NCBI RefSeq assembly: GCF_044704955.1
Contig: NC_091997.1
Coordinates: forward strand, 64,976,001 to 65,040,000
Length of the DNA: 64,000 nt
Origin: Pristiophorus japonicus
Lineage: Eukaryota
Direction of reading: 5' to 3'
A model generated the notes under the pieces. The model saw only the letters and a list, made by a program, of their open reading frames with translations, did not search any database and was not told the DNA's origin. The position numbers and the translations under genes are program-made. This document shows positions 24,340 through 37,028 of the stretch, piece by piece; position 1 is the stretch's first letter; the number at the start of each line of letters is the position of its first letter.

Positions 24340-25445
24340 TCCAGTCTGACACTCCAGTGCCGTACTGAGGGAGCGCCGCACTGTCGGAGAGGCAGTACTG
24401 AGGGAGCGCCGCACTGTCGGAGGGGCAGTACTGAGGGAGTGCCGCACTGTCGGAGGGGCAGTACTGAGGGAGTGCCGCACTGTCGGAGGGGCAGTACTGA
24501 GGGAGCGCCGCACTGTCGGAGAGGCAGTACTGAGGGAGCGCCGCACTGTCGGAGGGGCAGTACTGAGGGAGTGCCGCACTGTCGGAGGGGCAGTACTGAG
24601 GGAGTGCCGCACTGTCGGAGGGGCAGTACTGAGGGAACGCCGCACTGTCGGAGGGGCAGTACTGAGGGAGCGCTGCACTGTCGGAGGGGCAGTACTGAGG
24701 GAGCGCGCACTGTCGGAGAGGCAGTGCTGAGGGAGCGCGCACTGTTGGAGGGGCAGTACTGAGGGAGCGCCGCACTGTCGGAGGGGCAGTACTGAGGGAG
24801 CGCCGCACTGTCGGAGGGGCAGTACTGAGGGAGTGCCGCACTGTCGGAGGGGCAGTACTGAGGGAGCGCCGCACTGTCGGAGGGGCAGTACTGAGGGAGC
24901 GCTGCACTGTCGGAGGGGCAGTACTGAGGGAGCGCGCACTGTCGGAGAGGCAGTGCTGAGGGAGCGCGCACTGTCGGAGGGGCAGTACTGAGGGAGCGCC
25001 GCACTGTCGGAGGGGCAGTACTGAGGGAGCGCCGCACTGTCGGAGGGGCAGTACTGAGGGAGTGCTGCACTGTCGGAGGGGCAGTACTGAGGGAGTGCCG
25101 CACTGTCGGAGGGGCAGTACTGAGGGAGTGCCGCACTGTCGGAGGGGCAGTACTGAGGGAGCGCCGCACTGTCGGAGGTGCTGTCTTTCAGATGCGACGT
25201 TAAATCCAGGCCCCGTCTGCTCTCTCAGGTGGATGTAAAAGATCCATGGTATTATTTCAAAGAAGAGCAGGGGAGTTCTCCCCGGTGTCCTTGGGCCAAT
25301 ATTTATCCCCCAATCAGCATAACAAAAACAGATTATCTGGGTCATTATCACATTGCTGTGTGTGGGTGCTTGCCAAAGTACTTCATTGGCTGTAAAGTGC
25401 TTTGAAATGTCCAGTGGTTGTGAAAGGCGCAAGTCTTTTTTTTCT
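24340..25445 (+). mobile_element. Deu-domain SINE (head truncated) with ~25 tandem 33-bp internal units
   Basis: Array ~24362-25178 followed by Deu core and SINE tail. Confidence 0.9.
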
Positions 25446-25918
25446 TTTTGGACAATGTACTGGAGCTGGAACGATATCCCACGATGAGTCACTGCCACTG
25501 GATGGGGGGAATCGGGTGGATAATACAAATATAGAACGAGAATTCAATGGTTTCTGGAACAATAACCTTTCCTTTGGACCAATTTTACGAATTTTTTGAT
25601 CAAGTTATAGAACCGCAGACTGATGATCTAAAGAGAAAGACAACATAATATTTGAATGGAAGCTTTGATGGGAAAGAGACCCGAGGTGAAATTGAATTGT
25701 AGCTGTAGCAAAATAATCTTTCTTGCTTCTTGACTTTTAAAGGTCAGGGAAGGCTTACTGTTTCTTTCACGAAGGATTGGATTCTTGAATATCATCCTAT
25801 TATCTTTCATGTCATTAATATTACATTGTAAAAAATTGAATAATTTCGTGCCTAGAAGTGAAAATCAATAAGTTTTGATATCTCTCTTTTTTTTTAAACA
25901 CGATTTTCCTGCCCTCTA

Positions 25919-28900
25919 CCCTGAAGGTGCTGACTCTCCCTGGGGTACAGTCCCTGAAGGTGCTGACTCTCCCTGGGGTACAGTCCCTGAAGGTGCTGAC
26001 TCTCCCTGGGGTACAGTCCCTGAAGGTGCTGACTCTCCCTGGGATACAGTCCCTGAAGGTGCTGACTCTCCCTGGGGTACAGTCCCTGAAGGTGCTGACT
26101 CTCCCTGGGGTACAGTCCCTGAAGGTGCTGACTCTCCCTGGGCTACAGTCCCTGAAGGTGCTGACTCTCCCTGGGGTACAGTCCCTGAAGGTGCTGACTC
26201 TCCCTGGGGTACAGTCCCTGAAGGTGCTGACTCTCCCTGGGGTACAGTCCCTGAAGGTGCTGACTCTCCCTGGGGTACAGTCCCTGAAGGTGCTAACTCT
26301 CCCTGGGCTACAGTCCCTGAAGGTGCTGACTCTCCCTGGGGTACAGTCCCTGAAGGTGCTGACTCTCCCTGGGGTACAGTCCCTGAAGGTGCTGACTCTC
26401 CCTGGGGTACAGTCCCTGAAGGTGCTGACTCTCCCTGGGATACAGTCCCTGAAGGTGCTGACTCTCCCTGGGGTACAGTCCCTGAAGGTGCTGACTCTCC
26501 CTGGGCTACAGTCCCTGAAGGTGCTGACTCTCCCTGGGGTACAGTCCCTGAAGGTGCTGACTCTCCCTGGGCTACAGTCCCTGAAGGTGCTGACTCTCCC
26601 TGGGGTACAGTCCCTGAAGGTGCTGACTCTCCCTGGGGTACAATCCCTGAAGGTGCTGACTCTCCCTGGGGTACAGTCCCTGAAGGTGCTGACTCTCCCT
26701 GGGGTACAGTCCCTGAAGGTGCTAACTCTCCCTGGGCTACAGTCCCTGAAGGTGCTGACTCTCCCTGGGGTACAGTCCCTGAAGGTGCTGACTCTCCCTG
26801 GGGTACAGTCCCTGAAGGTGCTGACTCTCCCTGGGGTACAGTCCCTGAAGGTGCTGACTCTCCCTGGGGTACAGTCCCTGAAGGTGCTGACTCTCCCTGG
26901 GGTACAGTCCCTGAAGGTGCTGACTCTCCCTGGGGTACAGTCCCTGAAGGTGCTGACTCTCCCTGGGGTACAGTCCCTGAAGGTGCTGACTCTCCCTGGG
27001 GTACAGTCCCTGACTCTCCCTGGGGTACAGTCCCTGAAGGTGCTGACTCTCCCTGGGGTACAGTCCCTGAAGGTGCTGACTCTCCCTGGGGTACAGTCCC
27101 TGAAGGTGCTGACTCTCCCTGGGCTACAGTCCCTGAAGGTGCTGACTCTCCCTGGGGTACAGTCCCTGAAGGTGCTGACTCTCCCTGGGCTACAGTCCCT
27201 GAAGGTGCTGACTCTCCCTGGGGTACAGTCCCTGAAGGTGCTGACTCTCGCTGGGGTACAGTCCCTGAAGTTGCTGACTCTCCCTGGGGTACAGTCCCTG
27301 AAGGTGCTAACTCTCCCTGGGCTACAGTCCCTGAAGGTGCTGACTCTCCCTGGGCTACAGTCCCTGAAGGTGCTGACTCTCCCTGGGGTACAGTCCCTGA
27401 AGGTGCTGACTCTCCCTGGGGTACAGTCCCTGAAGGTGCTGACTCTCCCTGGGGTACAGTCCCTGAAGGTGCTGACTCTCCCTGGGCTACAGTCCCTGAA
27501 GGTGCTGACTCTCCCTGGGGTACAGTCCCTGAAGGTGCTGACTCTCCCTGGGCTACAGTCCCTGAAGGTGCTGACTCTCCCTGGGGTACAGTCCCTGAAG
27601 GTGCTGACTCTCCCTGGGCTACAGTCCCTGAAGGTGCTGACTCTCCCTGGGGTACAGTCCCTGAAGGTGCTGACTCTCCCTGGGGTACAGTCCCTGAAGG
27701 TGCTGACTCTCCCTGGGGTACAGTCCCTGAAGGTGCTGACTCTCCCTGGGGTACAGTCCCTGAAGGTGCTAACTCTCCCTGGGCTACAGTCCCTGAAGGT
27801 GCTGACTCTCCCTGGGGTACAGTCCCTGAAGGTGCTGACTCTCCCTGGGGTACAGTCCCTGAAGGTGCTGACTCTCCCTGGGGTACAGTCCCTGAAGGTG
27901 CTGACTCTCCCTGGGATACAGTCCCTGAAGGTGCTGACTCTCCCTGGGGTACAGTCCCTGAAGGTGCTGACTCTCCCTGGGCTACAGTCCCTGAAGGTGC
28001 TGACTCTCCCTGGGGTACAGTCCCTGAAGGTGCTGACTCTCCCTGGGCTACAGTCCCTGAAGGTGCTGACTCTCCCTGGGGTACAGTCCCTGAAGGTGCT
28101 GACTCTCCCTGGGGTACAATCCCTGAAGGTGCTGACTCTCCCTGGGGTACAGTCCCTGAAGGTGCTGACTCTCCCTGGGGTACAGTCCCTGAAGGTGCTA
28201 ACTCTCCCTGGGCTACAGTCCCTGAAGGTGCTGACTCTCCCTGGGGTACAGTCCCTGAAGGTGCTGACTCTCCCTGGGGTACAGTCCCTGAAGGTGCTGA
28301 CTCTCCCTGGGGTACAGTCCCTGAAGGTGCTGACTCTCCCTGGGGTACAGTCCCTGAAGGTGCTGACTCTCCCTGGGGTACAGTCCCTGAAGGTGCTGAC
28401 TCTCCCTGGGGTACAGTCCCTGAAGGTGCTGACTCTCCCTGGGGTACAGTCCCTGACTCTCCCTGGGGTACAGTCCCTGAAGGTGCTGACTCTCCCTGGG
28501 GTACAGTCCCTGAAGGTGCTGACTCTCCCTGGGGTACAGTCCCTGAAGGTGCTGACTCTCCCTGGGCTACAGTCCCTGAAGGTGCTGACTCTCCCTGGGG
28601 TACAGTCCCTGAAGGTGCTGACTCTCCCTGGGCTACAGTCCCTGAAGGTGCTGACTCTCCCTGGGGTACAGTCCCTGAAGGTGCTGACTCTCGCTGGGGT
28701 ACAGTCCCTGAAGTTGCTGACTCTCCCTGGGGTACAGTCCCTGAAGGTGCTAACTCTCCCTGGGCTACAGTCCCTGAAGGTGCTGACTCTCCCTGGGCTA
28801 CAGTCCCTGAAGGTGCTGACTCTCCCTGGGGTACAGTCCCTGAAGGTGCTGACTCTCCCTGGGGTACAGTCCCTGAAGGTGCTGACTCTCCCTGGGGTAC

Positions 28901-29560
28901 AGTCCCTGAAGGTGCTGACTCTCCCTGGGCTACAGTCCCTGAAGGTGCTGACTCTCCCTGGGGTACAGTCCCTGAAGGTGCTGACTCTCCCTGGGCTACA
29001 GTCCCTGAAGGTGCTGACTCTCCCTGGGGTACAGTCCCTGAAGGTGCTGACTCTCCCTGGGGTACAGTCCCTGAAGGTGCTGACTCTCCCTGGGGTACAT
29101 TCCCTGAAGGTGCTGACTTTCCCTGGGGTACAGTCCCTGAAGGTGCTGACTCTCCCTGGGGTACAGTCCCTGAAGGTGCTGACTCTCCCTGGGGTACAGT
29201 CCCTGAAGGTGCTGACTCTCCCTGGGGTACAGTCCCTGAAGGTGCTGACTCTCCCTGGGGTACAGTCCCTGAAGGTGCTGACTCTCCCTGGGGTACAGTC
29301 CCTGAAGGTGCTGACTCTCCCTGGGGTACAGTCCCTGAAGGGGCTGACTCTCCCTGGAGTACAGTGCCTGAAGGGGCTGACTCTCCCTGGGGTACAGTCC
29401 CTGAAGGTGCCGACTCTCCCTGGGGTACAGTCCCTGAAGGTGCTGACTCTCACTGGGGTACAGTCCCTGAAGGTGCTGACTCTCACTGGGGTACAGTGCC
29501 TGAAGGGGCTGACTCTCCCTGGGGTACAGTCCCTGAAGGTGCTGACTCTCACTGGGTACA
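25919..29560. repeat. 33-bp minisatellite, ~110 units (CCCTGAAGGTGCTGACTCTCCCTGGGGTACAGT)
   Basis: Directly visible; 11-aa periodicity in the ORF track. Confidence 0.98.
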
Positions 29561-29954
29561 TTCCTCAGGTATAGTAGCCCTATTGTGTGGGTCCAGACAG
29601 TGTTGGGAGGCTGGTCAGCTGTGGATGAATCGTAGTTGTGAATACTCATCCAATGTCTACACTTGCACACTTTCCAGGAGAGGGTTAATGAATAATGATT
29701 GGGAGTGGAAACTTTGTCTGGTTTATTCCTCCCTGGCCAGCTGCCCAATCTGGCGGTCACCTCATCTGCAGTCAGATAACCCAACACAAAGCAGAGATCT
29801 AACTTGGCACCAGGTTCAGTTCCACAATGAACTGTGAATTCACCAACTGCCTGCCTGGGGCATTGCCCCTGCACAAGGCTCTTGTTTAAACAGCTTTTAT
29901 TTTAGTCACAGAATCACAATCTGTGAATATGGATGAAGGCTATCGTAGCGCATC

Positions 29955-31465
29955 TATGCAGAGACATTTCACCGTTCCCCCATCACACCATCCGGTAATG
30001 GCGGTAATGTTTGCGCCCGGGAACAGTTTGCACCTCAGTCAGTAACATTGGGCAGCTGGGCTCTGAGTCTGGGATGGAGCACTAAGGGAGGTGTTGTACA
30101 CCTCTCGGGGTCGTTAGGATGGGAAACTCTCGAGCCAAAGAGCTGGGCCGGGAGCACTCCCAGAGTCGCCTGGGGAGAAAAAACATTCCCAATACATTGC
30201 CCACGCTACCACACCATAAATCACAAAACATTTAACAGAAAATCAATAACACTATCTTAGGACTGCACTACTTACCTCGCTGCAGTCGGTATGGGTTGGG
30301 CTGCCCGATTTCATAGCAACATAGAAAATAGGTGCAGGAGTAGGCCATTCGGCCCTTCGAGCCTGCACTACCATTCAATAAGATTATGGCTGATCATTCC
30401 CTCAGAACCCCTTCCCTGCTTTCTCTCCATACCCCTTGATTCCCTTAGCCGTAAGGGCCATATCTAACTCCCTCTTGAATAGATCCAATGAACTGGCCTC
30501 AACAACTCTCTGCGGCAGGGAATTCCACAGATTAACAACTCTGAGTGAAGAAGTTTCTCCTCATCGCAATCCTAAATGGCCTACCCCTTATCCTAAGATT
30601 GTGTCCCCTAGTTCTGGACTTCCCCAACATCGGGAACAATCTACCGGCATCTAACCTGTCCAGTCCCGTCAGAATCGTGTATGTTTCTTATCCTTCTAAA
30701 CTCCAATGTATAATGGCCCAGTTGATCCAGTCTCTCCTCATATGTAAGTCCTGCCATCCCGGGAATCAGTCTGGTGAACTTTCGCCGCACTCCCTCAATA
30801 GCAAGAACGTCCTTCCTCAGATTAGGAGACTAAAACTGAACACAATATTCCAGGTGAGGTCTCACCAAGGCCCTGTACAACTGCAGTAAGACCTCCCTGC
30901 TCCTATACTCAAATCCCCTAGCTATGAAGGCCAACATACCATTTGCCTTCTTCGCCGCCTGCTGTACCTGCATGCCAACTTTCAATGACTGATGAACCAT
31001 GACACCCAGGTCTCGTTGCACCTCCCCTTTTCCTAATCTGCCGTCATTCAGATAATATTCTGTCTTTGCGTTTTTGCCCCAAAGTGGATAACCTCACATT
31101 TATCTACATTATACTGCATCTGCCATGCATTTGCCCACTCACCTAACCTGTCCAAGTCACCCTGCAGCCTCTTAGCATCCTCCTCACAGCTCACACCGCC
31201 ACTCAGTTTAGTGTCATCTGCAAACTTGGAGATATTATACTTCACTGCGGGACGCGCGTCGGGGCATCTGGATGTCAAAAATCGCGTGGCAACCAGGAGC
31301 ATTGCTCACCGAAGCAGCTTTTCCGGACAGTGCTGCTCCGCACCGCCACAAAACCGGCCCTGAAACCCCCTGCGGGGGGTTATACCATCCACCCAGAAAA
31401 CCTCACCACCGTCACTGCGGCTGCTCCGGGGCGAAAAACAGAGCGCAAAAGGTCGGAACATTCAT
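29955..31465. mobile_element. GC-rich non-autonomous DNA-transposon-like element split by a CR1
   Basis: CpG-rich segments on both sides of the CR1; termini not well resolved. Confidence 0.35.
30312..31237 (-). mobile_element. CR1 LINE, 5'-truncated (same subfamily as 14182)
   Basis: ISKFADDTKL...LQGDLDRLGEWANAWQMQYNVDKC; ACATAGAA tail. Confidence 0.92.
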
Positions 31466-31747
31466 CCATTTGACTCCAGCTCCCTACATGATAGTCCTTT
31501 TCACCGATTGATCACTCTTTATGCGACATCAGTCCTAATTTGCTTACTGACCCTTTGAACCTGAGTCTCCTTGTCCCAGTGTCACAGATTAATTTGATGA
31601 GGTTTGGCTTTTACCTTTTCTCTGCTCTATAAGTCGCCTCTCAGTCACCTCCAACCAAGACTGAAGAAGGTATGCTTCTCCAATCTTGGATCATAACAGT
31701 GCTCTGGCACTAGGAATCAGTCCTGTGGCTCTTCCCTGAGCCGTTTC

Positions 31748-31960
31748 TGTTATGTATGTAAACATTGCAACTGTGTAAGACTTGCCACCAGGGGGCGCAA
31801 CTGTTGGAGGCCCAAGGGTCACCTGCACACCTCGTGCAAGGGAGTATAAAAGGTTGTCTGCCATGCTGCTTAGGCACTCTGGAGTTGTATTAAAGAGACT
31901 AAGGTCACATCAGTTTTAGCTCACAGTACTCAGTCTTGTGGAGTTCTTCCATACTGAACA
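31748..31960 (+). mobile_element. Solo LTR of Gypsy family 2
   Basis: 213 bp TG...CA, reverse-complement homolog of 47593-47805; perfect 5-bp TSD GTTTC (31743-31747, 31961-31965). Confidence 0.93.
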
Positions 31961-32059
31961 GTTTCCAGGGCTTATATATCTCCCTTGCAGCTCGGTGACC
32001 AAAACTGTACAGGGTATTTCAGCTGCCATCCACCCAGAGCTGTGCATTACTCTGTAATA

Positions 32060-32500
32060 TCTATTACTCCATGTTACAAAAGGCACCGGAGAAGATGCAA
32101 AAGGATAATACCAGAACTGAGAGGTTGTAACTCTCAGGATGTACTGAACGGGCTGTGGCAGAGAGGTGTCTCTAAAGTTATGGAGAGGTTTGATAGGGTA
32201 GATGTAAAGTTTCCACTTATGGGAGAGACCAGAACGAGCGACCATAAATATGTAACAGTCACTAATAAATCCAATCGGGAATTCAGGAGAAACTTGACCC
32301 AGAGAGTGGTGAGAATGTGGAACTCGCTGCCACAGGGAGTGGTTGAGGCGAGTGGTATAGAGACATTTAAGGGGAAGTTAGACAAGTGAATGAGGGATAG
32401 AAGGATAGGGTGCGATGAAATCAGGTCGTGTGGAGCATACACACTGGCACGGACCCGTTGGGCTGAATGGCCTGTTTCTGTGCTGTACGTTCGATGTAAT
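32060..32500 (+). mobile_element. CR1 LINE 3' fragment
   Basis: TQRVVRMWNSLPQGVVEASGIETFKGKLDK. Confidence 0.8.
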
Positions 32501-33499
32501 TCTCTGTGTAGCATTCTGGCAGAATGTCTTCTGCCTTGCACTGTTCGTTTAGCAATATAGTTCGCATTCTATTTGATTTGTTGATTGCTGCTCCACGCTT
32601 GCGGAAGGCGTTAGGCATCGAGTCTAACCCCACAGTGTTTTGTAGCCTCGGCTCTTGTTGCTTCAAACACTACTCATGGAGAACATGCGTGACCCAGTTT
32701 TTGCTTCCTCTGTGCCAGAGTTCACAGTTACCTATGCTGATTCCACCTGCGCTAGGCCTAGTTACAGATTTTACCTTGCATAATTTATCAGCCCTTGGCT
32801 GTTTCCTCATTCACTGATCAACGAAAGCTGGCACTCCAAAGTAGTCCAGTGTGTTCCCAACTTCCGGCAGGAAGGGTCCATTGAAGGAGCGATGCCAGGA
32901 TCAGTAAAAATAATGCTTCCTATTACAAACACAGCGTGCTCCCAAATCATGGAGTGAATACGGTTGCGTGTACCTCTGCTCCAATACTAGCTAATCTGCT
33001 GTAAAATCTCTTCAATACACAAAGCTAATATCTCCCTCGCATGATGAATTAAGGGATGGGAAGCTTCACAGGGTCTGGCTGTGAATCATGTAGTTAAAAG
33101 GAAATTACAGAGAGTCAGGAAAGAAAATGAGAACTCGCGCTGGAAATGAAATGTGATACAGGGGCTGTACATCATCTCATTAAGTGTTATTTACCAGGCC
33201 AGTCTGTTTTGTTTGCGGGAGCCAAGCAGGAATTAAAATGAACCCTCTAACAGCACAATTCGAAATCCTAACAAATCCGAGGCCTCCCAACTGTAATGAA
33301 GGCCATTTTATCCTTGCAGATTCTCCCTGTGATATTCTGTCTGCAGTGACGCACCTTTCAAAAACTTTGAACAGTCTCCTTTGTATTTAACATGCAGTCA
33401 GAACTGGCACTGAACCTCGAGATTTTACTAGTACATGGCAAATGGCCATTCAGCCATCAGTGCTATCTACTCTGATGCCACCTCCCTGCTCCTAAACCA

Positions 33500-33700
33500 T
33501 ATTTTTTTTAAATTTATTTGTTCCTGGGATGTGGGCATCGCTGGCAAGGCCGGCATTTATTGCCCATCCCTAATTGCCCCTTGAGAAGGTGGTGGTGAGC
33601 CGCCTTCTTGAACCGCTGCAGTCCGTGTAGTGAAGGTGCTTCCACAGTGCTGACTTTGTCGTAGTGGTTTGGTACAACTGAGTGACTTGCTGGGCCATAA
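33500..33700 (-). mobile_element. CR1/L2-group LINE 3' end
   Basis: Same terminus as 7690 and 53865. Confidence 0.7.
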
Positions 33701-33989
33701 ATTTATCATTTAATATTTTTCTCCTTCAACTGTTTACCCATCACGCTCCTAAAACTCTTGATTGATTCATCTGTAACGACTCGTTGTGTTATGTATTCCA
33801 TAATCTAACCTGCTTCCGCCCCACTGCTCCAAGTATTAATCCTAAATTTACGCCCTCTTGTTGCTAATTCAGCAAATAATCTTTCACTACTTACCATTTC
33901 AAACCCCTTTAGAATGTCAACACGTCTATTAGATCCCTGCTTTTCTGCTCCAGTGAATGGAATTCTATTTGTTCAAGTCGTCCATCATG

Positions 33990-34290
33990 TTCCCTGTTCC
34001 CGATCCTGTACTGATTCCTTGTTCCCGATCCTGATTCCTCTGTTCCCGATCCTGTCCTGATTCCTTGTTCCCGATCCTGTACTGATTCCTCATTCCCTGC
34101 TCCCGATCCTGTACTGATTCTTGTTCCCGATCCTGTCCTGATTCCTTGTTCCCGATCCTGTCCTGATTCCTCATTCCCTGCTCCTGATCCTGTCCTGATT
34201 CCCTGCTCCCGATCCTGTACTGATTCCTTGTTCCCGATCCTGTCCTGATTCCCTGCTCCCGATCCTGTACTAATTCCTCGTTCCCAGTTA
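33990..34290. repeat. ~25-bp imperfect tandem repeat (TCCCGATCCTGT[A/C]CTGATTCC...)
   Basis: About 12 variant units visible. Confidence 0.9.
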
Positions 34291-35621
34291 CCAGCACCGT
34301 ATTGATTGCTCCTGGTGCTGTACGACTTGCGTGTTGCCTGATTACACTTCCAGTGAGTATTAAATTACCAGATGCAAATAAGAGGCTGCATCAATTTCTG
34401 CAGAGTTCCACATTATAATCTAATTTGACTGTATGTATGCAACATAATTGAAAAGCGCTATATAGGGGCAGGGGCTTGGGTGGGTGCTGCGGACTGAACC
34501 GTTGCACTTTGTCTCTCAGAATTAGTTTCCAAGCACACCTGCAGGATTCAAATCTCTCTCTCCCTGTTAAGTGTAAAGGCACCAATCCATGTGTAACTTG
34601 CGGTGAAATTTCCCTCAAGTTTAATTGTAATCAGCACGGCCGCACCAAGTTTGCTCGGTGAGGCAGGTCTGATTCCCCCACGGTCGGGATAACAGTGGCA
34701 CAATCTGCTGGCTGCTTGCCCAAATGGCGATTCGAGAGAGACAAACGGTATGAGCCAGTAAAAAGCAGGCAGTGCGAGGAACAGTTCCCCAACATCAGCT
34801 CTTAATAACTGGCCCAATAGAGAGAAGCTGCAGAGTTGTACGGTGATTGGAGACCATGACAGAGTGTGATAAATCACGCAGGAAAGATGACGAGAGATGT
34901 TATTGGTGTGAACAAGCCAAACTACATCTATGCCGATGCAAAATTAATGTAACAAGAATTTGAACTGCACCATCAAGCTGCAGTTGGCTCTCATCCATCA
35001 TCGACACGTTCGCAATGCCTTTGTCCAAATGCCCAATATCTGTCACATCTTAGCGCTGAGTAATCTATTTCCCTGGCAGATTCTTCCTATGTGACACTAT
35101 ATTCAAGAGGGCAATGCTAATTTAGTACTGACTACTGCCAAAAGCATTACTGTAAAACTGCGATAAGAGATACAGGGGGTGAAATTGGCCCCATCGGTGC
35201 CTTCTGGGGGCGCTAAAGGGTCGCAAGGACACTTTCGCCCGAGGGGAGGGTAGTGCTACCCGGGAAATTGCTCCGAAGTTTTGGGAGGTGCTGTCCCGGC
35301 AGCACTGCGCCCCGCGGTTAGTGCCCTGGGCCGTCGCACAACTGGCGATGATGTCATCGCCTTGTGCGCCAACCCCTGAACTGTTGTGTATGGAGGAGGA
35401 GTCAGACTGAACACTGTGAGCTCAAAGTAAAATGTGACCTTAGTCTTTTATTGCAGGTCTCCAGAGTGTCTCTCCAACCTCTGAGGCCTCCTTAAATACC
35501 TGTGCTCCCAAGGGATTTTGGGATCCCTTGAGACTCCGGGGAATGAGCCCTCTGGTGGCTGTACAGAGTAAATACAAGTCCACATATATAACAACATTCC
35601 CCCCCAAAGTCAATAGTGTAA

Positions 35622-37010
35622 CTATTTACAATGTGAGTCGATCTGGGGCCCTTCTTGCCCTGGTTGATCGTCTCGGTGTGAAAGCTGGTGTTGTTGAATC
35701 ATTTGTTGGGTCCTCGCTGGGCTGCTGTGCTGCTGGCCATGCTGAGCTGCCTGGTGTATTGGGCCCTGCAAGGCTGCTGTGGTGATGGGTTCTGCTTCGT
35801 GGTCAACCATGGTGCCGGTTGCTACTGGTGTGTGTGTTGGGGGATCAAAAAAGGTAGGGTCCAAGGTGGGTTGCTCAGGGTAGTCCGTGAATCTGAGTTT
35901 GATTTGGTCCAAGTGTTTCCAGTGAATGAGTCCATTTGAAAGTTTGACCCGAAACACCCTGCTCCCCTCTTTGGCCACGTCAGTGCCAGGAAGCCACTTG
36001 GGACCTTGTCCATAATTTAAAACAAATACAGGATCATTGATTTCAATCTCGCATGACACATTTGCGTTATCATGGTATGCACTTTGTTGAAGCCGCCTGC
36101 AATCTACCTGTTCATGTAGATCAGGGTGGACTAACGAGAACCTTGTCTTAAGTGCCCTTTTCATGAGCAGTTCAGCAGGTGGGATCCCAGTGAGTGAGTG
36201 GGGTCTCATGCGATAGCTAAGCAGGACTCTGGATAGGCGAGTCTGCGGTGAGCCTTCAGTTACCCTCTTCAAGCCTTGCTTGATGGTTTGCACTGCTCTC
36301 TCTGCCTGACCATTGGATGCTGGTTTGAACGGGGCAGATGTGACATGTTTGATCCCGTTACGGGTCATGAATTCTTTGAACTCAGCACTGGTAAAACATG
36401 GCCCGTTGTCGCTCACCAGGACATCGGGTAAGCCGTGTGTGGCAAACATGGCCCGCAGGCTTTCAGTAGTGGCAGCGGACGTGCTAGTCGATATTATCTC
36501 ACATTCAATCCACTTGGAGTACGCATCTACAACCACAAGGAACATTTTACCCAAAAATGGGACTGCATAGTTGACGTGTACCCTCGACCACGGTTTGGAG
36601 GGCCAAGACCATAAACTTAGCAGCGCCTCCCTGGGTGCATTGCTTAACTGCGAGCATGTATTACATCTGTGAATGCAGGACTCTAAGTCCGCATCGATAC
36701 CGGGCCACCACACGTGGGATCTGGCTATCACTTTCATCATTCCGATGCCTGGGTGGGTTCTGTGGAGGTCATTGATGAAGGTTTCGCTGCCCTTCTTGGG
36801 GACCACTACTCGATTGCCCCACAGAAGGCAGTCTGCCTGTATAGACATTACATCTTTGTGCCGCTGGAACGGCTTTATCTCTTCCTGCATTTCCACTGGG
36901 ACACTGGACCAGCTCCCATGAAGCACACAGCTTTTGACTAGATAATAAGGGGTCCTGGCTTGTCCAGGTTTTGATCTGCCGGGTAGTGACGGGTGATTGC
37001 TCACACTCAA
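35622..37010 (-). pseudogene. Gypsy integrase (HHCC + rve core)
   Basis: LHRTHPGIG...WWPGID...CNTC; LVSDNGPCF; SNGQAERAVQTIK. Confidence 0.92.
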
Positions 37011-37028
37011 ATGCTTCCATAACCACGG

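Noticed and set aside
24231-25528. STAPPTVRRSL / PQYCPSDSAAL repeat ORFs (also at 9334-9941 and 42066-42506)
   Set aside because: Translations of the SINE-internal minisatellite.
25919-29560. CRISPR-like array
   Set aside because: Units are contiguous with no unique spacers; vertebrate context; no cas genes.
25821-29837. 1200-1300 aa ORFs in three frames (one superficially LRR-like, LKVLTLPGVQS)
   Set aside because: By-product of a 33-bp unit lacking stops in those frames; near-identical DNA units and no unique domains.
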